A model generated the notes under the pieces. It was not told the DNA's origin. It made no database searches and was given only the letters and a program-made list of their open reading frames with translations. Below are positions 1-15,900 of a stretch of DNA of 38,417 nucleotides, in pieces. Source of the DNA: Tubiluchus corallicola. Its lineage: Eukaryota; Animalia; Priapulida. Numbering within the stretch: position 1 is the stretch's first letter; each line of letters opens with the position of its first letter. The stretch spans positions 1-38,417 of the forward strand of contig JAQGDQ010001491.1 of assembly GCA_030141605.1 (NCBI GenBank), given 5' to 3'. A program made the translations under genes and the position numbers.

Positions 1-339
1 TAGACTTATGGATTCTGAGTGGGTAGCTTACTGTTGAAAACATTCAACACAGAGTTTTAGAAAGTTGTTTGCAATGTATCAGCTGTGTTTAACAGACTCT
101 TTTTGTTTAGGAGACAGGAATCCATTTACTGATCTTGTAGTAATTCCAATGTACATGTATATGTATAAAATTTTTTGATAGGGCGCAAGTTAGGCACTGA
201 TTGAATGAAGTGAATAAATAAAAACTTGTACCTTCCTTTATTTGTTATTTAGTAGTTCTCCCATTACTTGTTGCAACAAATTGGTAAAGTAATGGTACGT
301 TAATGAAACGTTATAGTGTGCAAACCTGACTGGAGTGAA

Positions 340-718
<379 letters not shown>

Positions 719-786
719 CTGCCTGTATTTTGTTTCTTTCACATTTGAACATAATTTTATTTCTAAATATTTTTCTTATTTTTGAG

Positions 787-912
787 ACTATTTCCCTGGT
801 GAGCCTCTAGCTGGTGGGTGTTACATGGCTAAAACAAATTATGTCTTGCAAGATGGTTTCCAGTCAATTGGCATGTCTCCTAGGATGTGTGTATACCACT
901 GCTATGAAATAG
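787..912 (+). CDS. Exon A1, N-terminal half of WSC-like domain (YFPGEPLAGGCY...MSPRMCVYHCYEI)
   Basis: 126 nt; tttgag acceptor (alternative in-frame TAG would start the exon at 811), g|gtacc donor; homologous to the other A exons; missed by the ORF track. Confidence 0.8.
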
Positions 913-3900
913 GTACCTCACATAATGACCTTAAGTCAGGTTAGGTCGGAAAGCAGGAAAAAAACACGTTAGTTAGAAAACTGTTGATCTTAGACGACAT
1001 AATTAACCGCATCAGTCCCATACCTCCATAAAATGATAGGCGTGTTAATTTGCATTCTTAATTTTAGGAATCTGGAGATCACTAAATATAAATGAAATGA
1101 GTTGGGACTGATCCTGATTTTAAGCCAAAATTCTTTTACAGCCCTAATATTAATCAATGCTTTATCTCTAAGTGTTGTTTCTATTACGATTGAGTACCTA
1201 TGAACTAAGTAGATTAATTGAAGAATCCATTAGTTTGGTAATAAATTACTAAGGCGAGCAATACTCATTCTCGCAGTCTCTTTGTTTTAGCAAGATTTTG
1301 TTTCAAACGTTTTGTAATTGTGGGTTTATTTCGTCATTAACCCTTTCATACCCGTTGTATCCCGTGGGATATGAGAATATTTTCTGCCTTTAAAATTAAT
1401 AAAATTTTAAAACTCACAGTTATTTGATCTATTAATAGTTATTTTGATTTAAGCCAATAACAATAGACTAAAATGGTGATAAAATGGCAAACTACAAAAT
1501 CTACATAGCATAAAGAACAGCGCAAGGTACAGTACTTTAGAGACGACTTTGTACAGATCAGCATAGCGTGCATACTAAATGTCTTAAATACTTTAATAAA
1601 TTATCCGCAGTTGCAAAATGAAGCACATTTTATGCTTCCATTGAATCCCAATGTATCCCGTGGGATACAGGCTATATTTAGCACGCGGGCACAGGTAGAA
1701 AAAATAATTATTATGTGTAAACAAGATGGACATACTGAACAAAAGTACCAAGCCAAAACATTTTTTCTTATTAAAAAAATAATTTGGGACTGAAAGGGTT
1801 AAGAACGAACATATCCTAAAAGATTGCACAATATATCAGGTGACGCTGAAAATACGTGTTGAAATTTCACTGTTTATTGTTACAAAATATTGGCGTTTGC
1901 CTGCGAAAGCTACAAGTTTATAATATTAGTAGTCTGAAAAGCATTTGCATGTTAAAAATATTTCGGCATTAATAATTTTTTTACTTTATGCTCTAAAACT
2001 GCCATAACTTTAGAAAAAACTGAGCGAATGACTAGGAATTTTTAGTGTCTATACAAAACTGCATGTACTGCTAGTCTGGCAATTTTCGATAATGATTGTC
2101 ACTTCTTAAATAATTGTAGGACACCATTATGCTGTCTTAGTGGGACCTGAATTGTGTGAATGTGCAAGTGACACAAGTTTCACCGATGAAGTCAATAAGA
2201 GTTTCTGTGATGCAGCATGTGGTGAAGTCTGGTTTGCTAGATCCTCTTTTAGTTTTTGTGGCGGAAATGGTTATATTAACGTGTATAAGCTGCATGTTGG
2301 TAAGCACTTAGTCTTAGTTTCGATTGCTTTATACAGCATAACGTATTAAAACTTGTACTTTTAAGTGCCAGATGGGTAAATCAGTGAATTATGAAAAACC
2401 AAACTAGTTTAATAAAATGATGTTTTGATTGTTCTGGCAGGATATCGAATATTTGCGATGTGGTGATCTCTGATGTTTCTAGACGAAATTCTTCATTGGT
2501 AAAAAATTAATCTCTGTAACTGGCAATAAATGTTATTTTATTTATAATGAGTTCACCTCTCTAATTTATCACTGAGCATTTTCTGCTCTCAATGATGTGT
2601 TTATTGTAGCACGCAAAGGAAGTCGTCATGACTACAGAGGATGTTGGCAATTTCCATCTTCCATCAGTTTTGCAGAAACAATACCTGATATAAAATCATC
2701 CTATGAATGCCTACATCTATGCAAACAGCACGGTATAACCATTAATACATCATTTACGTTTGCAATTCACGAAACGAAAAATCAGAGCCATTATTGTCAC
2801 TGTGACGACACTGTGGGAACTGGGAACGCCATTGAAGCTGCGGAGTTTTCCTGTCAAAAGTGCCCGGATGCAGAAGGTGGTTACTGTGGTGATGAGGGTT
2901 TTGCAGTGTATGCTACAGCAGGTGTGTCTGTAATCCATATAATTTCAATTTTGTCTTGTATTTCTAAACTTCTCTTCTAATTGGATTATATCTTGTATAC
3001 ATATCAGGTATTTACAGTGTTTTTTGACATTATCTGAAAATGTGTTTTAGAGGTGTCCTAAACGTTCTAAACTCCTTTTCTTGATTCATATCGTGATTCC
3101 CCAATGATGTTGGATATATGTAGATTATCCCGAAGCACTAATTTTTCAATTTTCGTACCAAAAATGATGGCTATATTGGTGTCGAAAAACAATAAGTTTA
3201 GATATTACATGTGTAGTTTTCAACACTGTTATGAAAAACGTTCTCAGCTAATTTCATGATAACTTTTTAATAAGTAAAAATTTAATTCAACTTTTTTGAC
3301 AACGTCTTCGATAGCCAAGAACAAAAAAGTCGTTCCTGTGTTTATTTCAGCCATTTTGTTCTTGACTAAATATCGTAATGTGTTCGTTTCAGACCCACAA
3401 CAGTATCAAGGATGTTTTGAATATTACAAACCTGATACATACTTTCCTGTAAATGTTTCGCTCCAGCAAGAATCTAACAGTCTAGATACTGAATGTTTAA
3501 CCCAGTGCAGAGTAAGAGGATACTATTTTGCCAGCCTCCATTATAGTCTGCAGACTGGAGGATATACATGTCAATGTGGCAATGGATTTTCGTTTGAGAA
3601 ATTTTCTACAAACTGTGTAAGCTGTACGAAGACTGCAACTGGAACCTGTCCTGGCTTGCATTCGGTTTCTGTTTACTCAACTGAAAGTGAGTTAAAGCCT
3701 TCACTGTACTTGCACACTGGGGGGAATGGTTGTTGCAATTGTATTGCAATGTTTGCCTGGCTAAGAAGATAAACAGCACTGATCCTTGATAGTAAATGGA
3801 TAACTGGCGACACAGTGAACTTTTTTTGTGTCGTATAATATTTCTTAGGCTTTCTTTTATTTATATATATCTGAATCAAGTAAAGGAAACTTTACCGCCT

Positions 3901-6900
3901 ACCGCTATTGGCAATAATCCATGCTTTAGGTTCAGGGTCTTAGCTTGAAGTATGATAAACTACGTGAAAAGATTGTATGTTTTAAAATTAAACGATACTA
4001 CAGTCTGAAGTAGACCGCTTTTATATTTGACGTAAAGTATTTATTTGTAGTTTTCACTGATCTTTGCCACTGCTAAGTAATTTCTAATTTCTTTGATATA
4101 AGTAATTATAATATGCGTTTACCAGACATGTTTGAGCAGAAATGAAACTAACATTATGTGATAGCAAGAGAAGGTGTTTATTTTGCTAGTGGAGAAAAGA
4201 TACATGCTCCACAAAGAGTAGGACAAATGATGCTTTAATGAGATTTTGAAAAGGTTTATTCACGGATAATTCTAAACTTGGTAGTAAGGCAAACGATTTG
4301 TCCGATTTGACAAGTTTAGCCAATCTGGCGAATTCCCATTTAACGCAAACTCGGTTTTGCAAGCCTAGGTTTGTTATAAACCCAGAATTTCTTGTGGCAA
4401 AAAATTTGTTATAAAAGCAGGCATAGATAATACAAAACGCTAATTATAATATGCATTTACCAGACGTTTTATTCACGTTTTAACTACTATTCATTGAATG
4501 TTCATTACACATTTATTGGAAGATAACTGAACAACAACCTTGCATTCTCAGAAGTTCTAAATCTAATAAAAAACAACTTCACATTCCCATTCATATGTAT
4601 ATTTTCCCACTAGTGAACACTTACACTATGTAAAAATAACGCAAAGTGCTAGAGTAAAGTTAAAAGTTTATTTACGTTGAAAATTGTGTTAAGCATAATA
4701 CAACGCATTTTCAAATATTTGTAAAAATCCGATTATATAAAAAAAAAAAAAATTTTTCGCACATTAAAATTAAAAAAAAATTTATGTAATGTAAAACATG
4801 TTTCTGTTAATTGTGTCATGTTAAATGTATATATAGTGTAAAATATGTCTTGTAAAATTTAATGTTTTTTTGTAATATTGTTTTGTAAAAATATTTTAAT
4901 ATTGTGTTTGTAAATATGTTCATTTATTGTATATATTTAGGCCTTAGTTTTACACTTTAGTTTTTTTTAGTCTGCACTGGACGCATTTGTCTTGAACAGT
5001 GTTGTTATTTTAACATTACGCTGAGGCTTACTCAATTTTATTATAATGAATGAACCATTTTTAATGACAAATAAAGAATTTATATATATATATATATAAA
5101 ACAACCAGGAATAATTTTCCAACGAGTGGAACACCTTAATGCACCTGATATAATGTATCGTGTATCATCGAGTATCATGTTCACAAAAGTGAAGGGACAT
5201 AGTTACAATTTATTTTTTCTGTAATTTGGATTTTGCATTATAGCCCTCTTTGAAATGTTATGCTGCTTTGAACAGATTTAGAGCTTTTCAGTGAGCTTTT
5301 TCAGTGTGAATAGCTTTTTAATTATAGCAAATACTTTGTGACCTCTCATATTTAATTTAGATTTTGCAGTTGAATCGGATGTTTTGGGTTGTTGGGAGGA
5401 CAAAAAAGATGCACTAGACATGCCATATGTTACTAAAATTCCTGACTTGACACCTGATACGTGTAGGGAACATTGCTTACAACTTGGATATGCTTACGCG
5501 GGTTTGGAAAAAGGAACAGAGTGTTATTGCGGTAACACTTACGGCCGATATCTGTCAGCCAAGTCCCCGTGCGATAAAGAATGTGGCACTGGTAACAAGT
5601 GTAACTTGTATGATACATCTTGCTTAACTTGTGGTGGAGATTACGCTCTGGAGGTGTATCCCACAAATGGTAAGAATCTTGTCACTTTAGGAAGGCGCAT
5701 TTAAAAGAGGCACGTACGCCTCTGGTCATCTCAGAGAAAGTTTTGAAACTGTTTTTTCTTATTGTCTTCGTGCATGATCTAAATGATGTTGTTTAAAATT
5801 TATTCACCTAGCATTAATTTTCTAGAAATTTTATGCAAAGAACTAAGAAATGTATTGGTCAAATTGAATTTTATTAAGACATATTGATCTGCAAATCATA
5901 TTAGTTGTTGCTTAATGCAGCTTCTGCAGCTACTGTGTTAACGTTACAATAAATAAATAATCAGTAACCTTTCAGTAAACAAATGCTGGACAAACATCCT
6001 GAAGCATTTGGAAGAAAACAAGCTAAGAATTATCGATTTTTGCTTCTGGGTCTTTTTCAGAGACCTTGTAACACATGCTAAACTGCGAAACGGACACTGA
6101 ACCAATCTTTATCAAACAATTAAAAACATTTCCAAAGTGTCCTGTATCTGTGAACATAATCTATACACTGCCCTTGGAACAATACTTTCTCACTAAAGAC
6201 ATAGCTTCGATAACCCTTTCAGTCCCAAATTATTTTTTTAATAACAAAAATTTGGTTTAGTACTTTTGTTCAGTATGTCCATCTTGTTTACACATAATTA
6301 TTTTTTTCTACCTGTGCCCGCGTGCTAAATATATCCTGTATCCCACGGGATACATTGGGATTCAATGGAAGCATAAAATGTACTTCATTTTGCAACTGCT
6401 GATAATTTTTTAAAGTATTTAAGACATTTAGTATACACGCTATCCTGATCTGTACAAAGTCATCTCTAAAGTACTGCTCCTTGCGCAGTTTTCTATGCTA
6501 TGTAGATTTTCTAGTTTGCCATTTTATCAAGATTTTTAGTCTATTGTTATTGGCTTAAATCAAAATAACTATTAACAGATCAAATAACTGTCAGTTTTAA
6601 AATTTTATTAATTTTCATGGCAGAAAATATTCTCGTATGCCATGGGATACAACGGATATGAAAGGGTTAACAAAGAATCAAGTACATTTTGCTGAGATGC
6701 AAATACCTCTAATGTTTCAGATATTTTTCTTTTTTGCCAGTGTTTCTGCCAGGAGATGTTCTTCGGATCAGCACATCCAATTCTGGTTGCTTTTATCACA
6801 ATCAGAGTTTTGTGAGTGATACAATCTTAAAGCTAACATCAATCTCTGTCACAATGTGCATTCATTATTGCTATGAATTAGGTAAACTTTAAATTAGATC

Positions 6901-9900
6901 AGCCTTTATTGCTCTTGAATCAGGAAAATAGTAAAAAAATCATTGTGTAAGTCATGTTTGAAGTTGTTTGATCACTTTGTTATGATTGAGTTTAGGTACA
7001 GAAGTATGAACAAGAATAAAAAACGTATAATACATATTTGCATATATGTGAGAGTGACTAGAAAGCAAAACCAGTCAGTATATATAGGTATAGGTGACCT
7101 ATGCAGACTTGCACAGGCTTCACAACAACCATTACTTTAAAATAGGGAGAGAACCAGTGAATATGCATTCACTGGACCATACAATTATACTGGGGGCAAG
7201 TCGGCTGGTAGAATGTAACAGGAGTAGCTCATAGATGGCAGCACCTAATTATAATGTACAAATCCAACTTCCAACTGAATGCAAGAAATGTTATAAAGTT
7301 TGCAGTAAGTTTCGCTCCCATTTCCTAAATTTCATGTACATCTGTGAAAGCCATGTTTGAGGTTGTAGTTGAACACTTTGTCGAAAAAGAATAAAACACT
7401 GTACTACATGTCTGCACAAAACTGAAAGTGTTTATTAGACTACATACACATATGTAGAATGACTGCTACACTGAACACTGAGAACAAGAGTGTCCTGCAC
7501 TGACTGATCACTGAGAGTTAGACAGTAGCACGTTGGCTGCACTGCACTGAGAGTGTGAGTTAGACAGTAGCATGACTACTGCACTGCATTGAGAGTGAGA
7601 CAGTGACTAGAAGTAGAATCCAGTCAGTATATATAGGTATAGGTAATTATGCAAACTTGGCTTCACAAAAACCATTACTGTAAAATAGGGAGAGATCCAG
7701 TGAATATGCATATTCACTGGACCGTACAATTATACTAGGGGTGAGTTCAGCTAGTAAAATGTAAAGAAATTAGTTAATAGATGGCAGCACCTGAAAATAT
7801 ACAGTTACAATTTCCACAATATCAATTTTTCCACTGATTCGATGTATTGGACTGGTAAGCCGATTAACAGACCTTCAGATAACCTTGGGTGTTTGGATTG
7901 CCTTTTTTAGTTTTATAATGTATAAATGTATAAAAAAATTAATGTAACTTGGAGTTATTATTGATATTTCATGTCCTGCCTGTTGCGGAGCCATGTGAAG
8001 TGTTCAGTTAAGCCCCCACACCCAATGAAGCATGACCACTGCAGACGATTTGCTCTGCTTTTTTACATAGAGAGCATGTGTTGTTATTAATATTTTTTCA
8101 TATATTACAGGTGACATTTTTGCAGTATTACCCAGTTATGATGAATGCTTGTGTAAGTCTACCTTAGATCCTGACATTCGCCCCTCCCCCGAGAAGAATT
8201 GCGCTACTTGCAGTGGAGCATTTTCGGGGCGCAAAAACAATTTTGGCGTTTGTGGTTCTAAAGTCACGAGCCATGCTGGCATTTATACTGTTTATGGTGG
8301 TGAGAAACTTTTTAAGTTTTTAACTGTAGCATACTATGGGTTTTACACGTCAAATGTAGACACAGGAAAGTTCAAATGTGACTTAGGTGAGTCAAATGTA
8401 GACATAGGAATTTCGAATGTGTTTTGGTAACTCAAATGTGACTTAGGTAAGTCAAATGTAGACATAGGACATTTGACTTGACACGTGTCTACATTTGACT
8501 TACCAAAAACGCTTAAGATTTCTTGAAAACCATTGTTAACACATTTGAACTACCTAAGTCTACATTTGAGTTACCAAGACACATTTGAATTACCTAAATC
8601 TACATTTGACTTAACGTACGTCTACATGTAAAACCTATAGTAATTCTGAAGTTTTGCTTAATTTCAAGTTATACTTTATTCCTCTCATGCATATCTTGGC
8701 ACAGGCTGCTATCCTGGGGATCTAGAAGCAGTACAAAAAATTGTTTAAGCTGTTGTAGATATTACTAATCCAACATCCAAGAACACAAGGATTTGACAGA
8801 TATAAGTTCAATGCTGATCTTTTCCATGGATTTGTACTTCAACAAGCGACCAGACCCTGATATTATACCTTTGCTATACCTAGGCAAATGAAAATTTAAA
8901 ACTAATTTTATTTAACATTTTTCTGCAAAATTTCGAATTTCCAACAGGTGTCATTTGACAACGACCTGTGTTATTAAGTTATAAATATTATGTTAAAGCT
9001 TTAATTAACACCATCAGGACCGCATCATCAAAATAAGTCTTATAAGAGATATATGAGTTTTGTGTGATCGTCTTCTTCCCAGCTTTTCCCTATTCCGGGT
9101 CGCCGTTGTGAATGAGTCTTCTCCACACATTCCTGTTGTTGACCATCTCTTCATTTATGTCTTCAATTCTCACATGATCTTCACCGACTCTTCTTTTCAG
9201 GTGTCCATACCATCGCAATCTTGCGAGGCTTCCACTACTTTTACTGTTCCTCTGATATTCCTCTGATGTTCTTCTCTCTAAGGTCTTAGTTTATTCATTC
9301 AAACCATCTCAGCTTGGGTCGTCCTCTTCTTCTATTTCCCAGCACTTCCATTTCCATGACTTCCCTTCCCACGTGATCTTCACACGACTCTCCTTTTCAG
9401 GTGCCCATACCATCGCAATCTTGCCTCTTGTATCTTTTTCGAGGCTTCCACTACTTTCACTGTTCCTCTAATATTACTATTCCTGATTTTATCCCTTCTT
9501 GTTACTCCCACCATCCATCTCAACATCCTCATCTCCGCCACATCCATTTTCTTCTCTTCGGTCTTCTTTAGAGGTACTGCTTCCAGCCCATAGATTAGGG
9601 AGACAATGATATTATACAAAACTTGTTACCCGTGGTAATGATATAATTCTGTATAACACCTGCTATTGTGTGCCAACTGACAAGTCTGGACGAGAAACAT
9701 CTCGGGTGTTTAAAACGGATCCTGAACTAGTTTTGTATTAGAGCTAAGACTATCTTCTCAGTCTTACGGACAACCACATGTCTTCAAGTAGTCCTTGATA
9801 CTTATATGAAAGAGGTTAAGAACATTCCTGAATCGTGCTTGTGCATGTAACTCCCAAAGCTGTTCTCCGGCTTTGCTAGTTGAGCAACCACTTTAATTTG

Positions 9901-12900
9901 CACAATATACTGGATGCATATCAAGCTGGTACCTTAGGCTGTTACCTTATTCTCCACTTGACAGATTGTAACATTTACGTTTTGGCCACGTCTTCTTATT
10001 TGTGGAATTTTGTAGGTTAGCCAAGCTAATTGTTCCGCTGCGTTTTAGTATAGCGGTATTTTAGTATTGTTAATGTAATAATTATGTTATTTGGTTCTCT
10101 GATTGTAAAAGCTAATTGCTTAATAACTGTGGGCAAGATTGAAGTCGGTGCTTGCCCCCCCCCCCCCCCCTCACCCCAGTTCCTTGCCCGCAAAGGCAGC
10201 ACAGATAGCGTACACTGCTTTTCTCCCTCCTCTCTTCACTGCCCCTTTTTGGAATCCTCAAACTGCTTTTTATACTAGCCACTATGCACAGGTATATCTA
10301 GCAATTAAGTGCAAAAGAGGCAAGTGCAGTCTTGGTCATAACTTTTAAAATAACTTGAATGCTGCATAAAGTCAAAGCTAAAGCATAAAGTCAAATTAAG
10401 TAAGCGAAAATGCATTACTTAAAAGCAGATTTTCATGGAGAAAAAATTACATGTTTAAACCGTTAACAAACTAAACACAACGAATCGTACAAAACTGAAC
10501 AAAACCTGTCAATAAAGTTACTACGCACACACCAGTTGTATTGTGGGAATTCCTAGATGTAAAATAAAAGCTTATAAATGTAGTTTTTTCCCCTTCTTCG
10601 TATTTGTGGTATTTTTTACCTGGACAGTGTTTGCTGAAAACTACAAGTTTGCTTACTAATTGCGCTCTTCACTCAAGAACAGTACTATAGATGGTTGCTG
10701 TCACTGGCAAGCTTTTTAAACTCTAGTTCTCTGAATCTTTCTTTTGAGTTTTTTTACTACATCTGAGCACTTTTAAAATGGTAATTATCAATCATAATTT
10801 CTATGTATTTCTGCCAAATTTTGTGTCTTATTTTGAGAAGTAGAATTCTGATCCAAATTATTTATTATTCACATTTATTGAATTTAGCGTGGAAAACGGC
10901 TCGTCACGAATACAGAGGGTGTTGGAAATTCCCATCTACCGTAACATTTGCAAAGTTAATTGTTGATGTTCAGTCGGCTTATGAATGCATCTTTCGATGC
11001 CGAAAATTTAGTAAGACAGCGCGCTCTACTGGCTATTTTGCGCTCATGGAAAGAAGTAATGGAAACTATGTCTGCCACTGTGACGATTCTGTTGGGACAG
11101 GAAAAGGTACAAACGATGCCATTTCTCGTTGTGAAAAGTGCCCAGGTGATGATCATGGTTATTGCGGTGGTGAAGCCAATTCATATTCAGTGTACGACAC
11201 TGGAGGTATAGTTTCCTACTACTTTCAATATTCATGTTGGTGTCAAGCAATTTAATCTAGCATTCTATTATTATTTGTTTTCTTTTCGTATTTTTACAAA
11301 CATGCATTTCCTGAAACTGTTTAAAACGAAGCCAGTCTTAGTCATGTGACCTAAGCTTTAGTAGTATACGCCACCTATCAATCACACTCGTTCTTACACG
11401 TAGTTACATTTTCTGTTGCCGTTATGCTGATCATGCCGTTTGGTGATACTTGCATTGCTTTGTCTATTTTCTTGCAATTTAACAGTCACTAGTTGTATTT
11501 TCAAGCCAAAGTTGTCACCAGTAAATGTAAGTCACCATCTACTTTAATAATTAGTTAATAGTTTAAATTGGTTAGAATTGCTTCAAATCTCTAGAATCAT
11601 AAAGTAATAATCTTAAATCTAACTTTTCATTAGATTAAAGATTAGACTAATTCTTAAATCTAACTTAAATAAGTCTTCTTAAATCTAACTTTTCATTTTG
11701 TCTAAATAGTAATAACCTTTAGCACATTCTTAAGCACTTTTTGTGATCTGTTATTTTAATAAATTGCAGGTCTATCGCACAGTTCAATATTGATTTTTGC
11801 CGTTTCTTTGCCTGGACTGGGCGCATCCACAATTCAGTATGATGATGTTAGTTACTACAGCTGCTCAGAAGTTTCTGTACTGTAATAGTAATTTAATTTT
11901 CAAATTTAGGACCTCATCAGTACCAGGGATGCTTTGCATACCATCAGCCTGAGATATACTTCCCAGTTACTGTGTCACTAGATCAGCGATCAACGACTTT
12001 AGACGATGATTGCCTAACAATATGCAGAGATGAAGGTTATTTCTTTGGCAGCATGTATGTCTCACCATTGACTCATGTGTATGAGTGTCTTTGTGGAAAT
12101 GGGTTTCCATTCGACAGACATATGCAGAATTGTATAAGCTGTGCGAACACAACAATCGGAACTTGTCCTGGAGAAAAATCTGTGTCTGTATATGCTACTG
12201 AAAGTAGGTATAATCTCACTGGTCATTTTAAATTGCAAAATGTTTAAAAATGAAAAAATATTAAAGTTTGCTCTGATCGTGGACATCTTACATCCAGCGG
12301 AATTTCTGTGCTTTAAACCACACTTTTATGCCCTTGTAATGCATCATTGCTTTACAACAATGTATGTATAATCACCTAGTAATCACATTTTTAATTTTTT
12401 TTCTAGATTTTGCGATCGATTCCAACGTTTTAGGCTGTTGGGCTGACAAATCTTTTGCTTCATCAAATCCTGAATATTTTGGAGAAAGAGACATGTCGTA
12501 CTTGAATGACACAATCACAGATTTGACACCAGATAAATGCAGGGCACATTGCCTGGAACTTAATTATGCTTATGCTGCCCTACAAGCCGGGACAGAGTGC
12601 TGGTGTGGAAACACATACGGACAATACGGACCGGCCAGAAACCCCTGCAACTATAAATGTGGTGGAAGTGGGGATGAACAATGCAACTTGTATGATGCAT
12701 CTTGCGATTCTTGTGGTGGAGACATGGCCCTGCAAGTTTATGCTACAAATGGTAGTCTAGCTACAAAAATTATAATTTCAGCTGTCTTCTCATTGATAAG
12801 TAATTATGTTCTGATTTGATTACCTCGTCAGTCAGCCCATAAGCCAGTAACTTCTCTAAAACTAGCCTATAGGATGAGCTGTCTAAAGCTTTTGAATGAT

Positions 12901-15900
12901 CAGTTAATATGGCACCTACAACATTTTAGTATTACATCATTTTGTCATTCTTTCACCATCTTAAGAAGAAACGACTGGTAGCCATACCATTTTCTAAAGA
13001 CAGAGAGAAGTTTGTTGAAAATATAATGTATATATTTTGGCATTTTTTAGTTTAGTTTAGCTTAGTTTATAGTATCTGCACTAAGGTGGTGTTTCAATAA
13101 ATATTTTATTCTGCGAATGCCTTTATACAGCTGATATTAAAAATAAAGAATAATAATTAATGATCGCAATTAACACTAAAGATTTATTTTTTGTGCCAGT
13201 GTTTGTACCAGGAGGGGCACTTCAAACTGGCTGTTTCAAACTCGTCCAGGAATTCCCGAATTCTATTGTAATAAGGCGGACATCAATGACAGCCACAATG
13301 TGCATCCATTTTTGCTATGAAGTGGGTATGATATAGTATTTATTATCTAAATTTCAGATTGTCAGCATTAGAAGTAAAAATAATCATTGCCTCATTGTCA
13401 GAATTTCAACCCTTAACCATTAAATTTGCTTTACATTTGAGCTAGCTGATCGAATCAATAAGAACAATAATGACAACTACAAAAACAACAGCAATAGTAC
13501 AGCGACAAAAAAAAACACAAAGCAAGACAAATTACAGTTTCCGCAAACAATATCTGTACACCTTACTAATCGCCTTTCACATTTTGTTTTCAAAGGTATC
13601 TTTTATTCATTACACATTTTATTCTAGCTTTCATTTACCCAGTTTGCCAATTACTAGTCATTTGATTAGTAATTTTATTTACCTATTGGCTTGGAGTTAC
13701 TAATTTGAAACTCAAAATAACATTGTTACAGATATCACAACAGCCAACTGTACGCGACAGTGACATTTAGCGCTTTATTGCTATTACAGTTAGATAAAGT
13801 GGTAAGAGCATTTAACCCTTTCAGTCCCAAATTATTTTTTTAATAAGAAAAAAATTTTTGGCTTGGTACTTTTGTTCAGTTTGTCCATCTTGTTTACACA
13901 TAATAATTATTTTTTCTACCCGTGCCCGCGTGCTAAATATAGCCTGTATCCCACGGGATACTCTGGGATTCAATGGAAGCATAAAATGTGCTTCATTTTG
14001 CAACTGGTGATAATTTTTTAAAGTATTTAAGACATTTAGTGTGCATGCTATGCTGATCTGTACAAAGTCGTCTCTAAAGTACTGTACCTTGCGCAGTTTT
14101 TTATGCTGTGTAGATTTTCTAGTTTGCCATTTTATCACCATTTTTAGTCTATTGTTATTGGCTTAAATCAAAATAACTGTTAACAGATCAAATAACTGTC
14201 AGTTTTAAAATTTTATTAATTTTAATGGCAGAAAATATTCTAGTATCCCACGGGATACAACAGGTATGAAAGGGTTAAAAAGGTCAAAAACTTTTTTCGC
14301 GTTTTAACAAAATTTTACCATAAATGTCTAATATAGTAACTGGTGATCAGTTTTTCACATTCTTTCACTGTTTCTGGTTCTAGACTTCTTGTTTTGTTCT
14401 TTATTTATAACTTTTGTTTTCTTATTTTGTTCAGATGAAGATTTTGCGGTGTTAAACAACTACGATGAATGCACATGTACGAGTTACATAACACCACTGA
14501 CTAAACAAGAGCATTTATACTGCGCTACTTGTGCTGGAGGTTTTACGGGCCGTAATAATTATTTTGACCTGTGCGGGTCAACCATAACAGGCTATAGTAG
14601 CATTCAGAGAGTTTATTCTGGTGAGCATTATTGATTTTAATTTCAGTGGAATGTGCTTTGTTCGATTTGCTTTTTAGCTCATCATAAATTGTGATGATAA
14701 AGTTGTGAAATTGTTTAAAGTTGTGAATTTTTTTGAAACAGGCATGTATTAGAAATTAAACCCCAAATTTAATAAATGTCTGTGTTATAAATTTAGAAGA
14801 GATCATTAATAATTAACTGTCTAGAATATCTCATTTGCAGTAAATAAATTTTATTTGATGTAAAAATTCCATTTTAATAATACAAAATTTAGAAAAAACT
14901 CCCAGCACAAATTTTTCGATTAAAATTAATGCAGAGGTAGTTGAACGACGGGATTATGTCAAAAATGTGGAAATGGACATTGATAAAATATGCATATTAA
15001 TCATAAACAAAATAAGGAAAACTTTTGCTATGATTTACAAATTGTAATGAGAGTGAATGCTTTGAAGACAATTTTTACAGTTTGGTTTACCTTTGCCTGA
15101 GATATGGTGTAATCTCACGGGGAAAGTGCTTACGTGTCAAATCTTGCAAGTATCTAATCAACGCGAACTAAAATTCGGCACCCCACATTGTGATCATCTC
15201 ACTAATACAATCTACGAAACATCAGAAACACTGAAAATTTAAGAACTTCGTGGCAGTTATTGCGTGCTAATTATACATAGAGTTATACATGTTTTACACG
15301 TCCTCTGGATATTTCAATCATATTTTCAACCGATCAGTGAAATTCATAGTTATAATACAAGATAAGAAAGTAATGTAACTGCTACGTGCCCGTCCTATAG
15401 AACTAATGTGTTTAGGCAAACTACAACATTTACAGCTATAAAGCTATTTGACAAAATACCTGGCAATGTTAGAGAATTAAACCATTTCCATTGAAAAAGG
15501 GCATAAATCACAATCTATAATCAAAATATTCGCGATCTCCTCAACTCTGTATTATAAACTCGTTTTATATCAACAGGTAAAACATGTAAGTTCATAACTG
15601 TTCACTATGGTTTATAAATATTTATCATTAAATGCCTATAAGTGTTATTCACTATTATTTTTTCCAACTTAAATTAATTGATGGTTATTAGTCCTTGAAA
15701 CAACTTTCACGTTTAGTTATGTGTGTGTGTGTGTGTGTGCGTGCGTGCGTGTGTGCGCGCGCGTGCATTGTGTTTCAATGCATTGTGAAATAAATATTCT
15801 TATGTCATCTTTTCTAATCTTAGTGTGGAATCAAGCTCGTCACGACTACAGAGGTTGCTGGATTTTTCCACCAGGCGTCACCTTTGCAAGATCATTCACT

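Noticed and set aside
5361-5669. Assigning a gene symbol such as KREMEN, WSCD or XYLT
   Set aside because: Only the WSC module is shared; no kringle, CUB, sulfotransferase or glycosyltransferase domain is visible.
9740-9880. Minus-strand GEQLWELHAQ...NLFHISIKDYL as another LINE terminus
   Set aside because: The resemblance is too short and degenerate to support.
10125-10300. C-rich patch as an exon or MITE
   Set aside because: No family Cys pattern and no matched TIR/TSD; only a poly-C run.
11610-11696. Three copies of tcttaaatctaactt
   Set aside because: Ordinary local slippage in an AT-rich intron.
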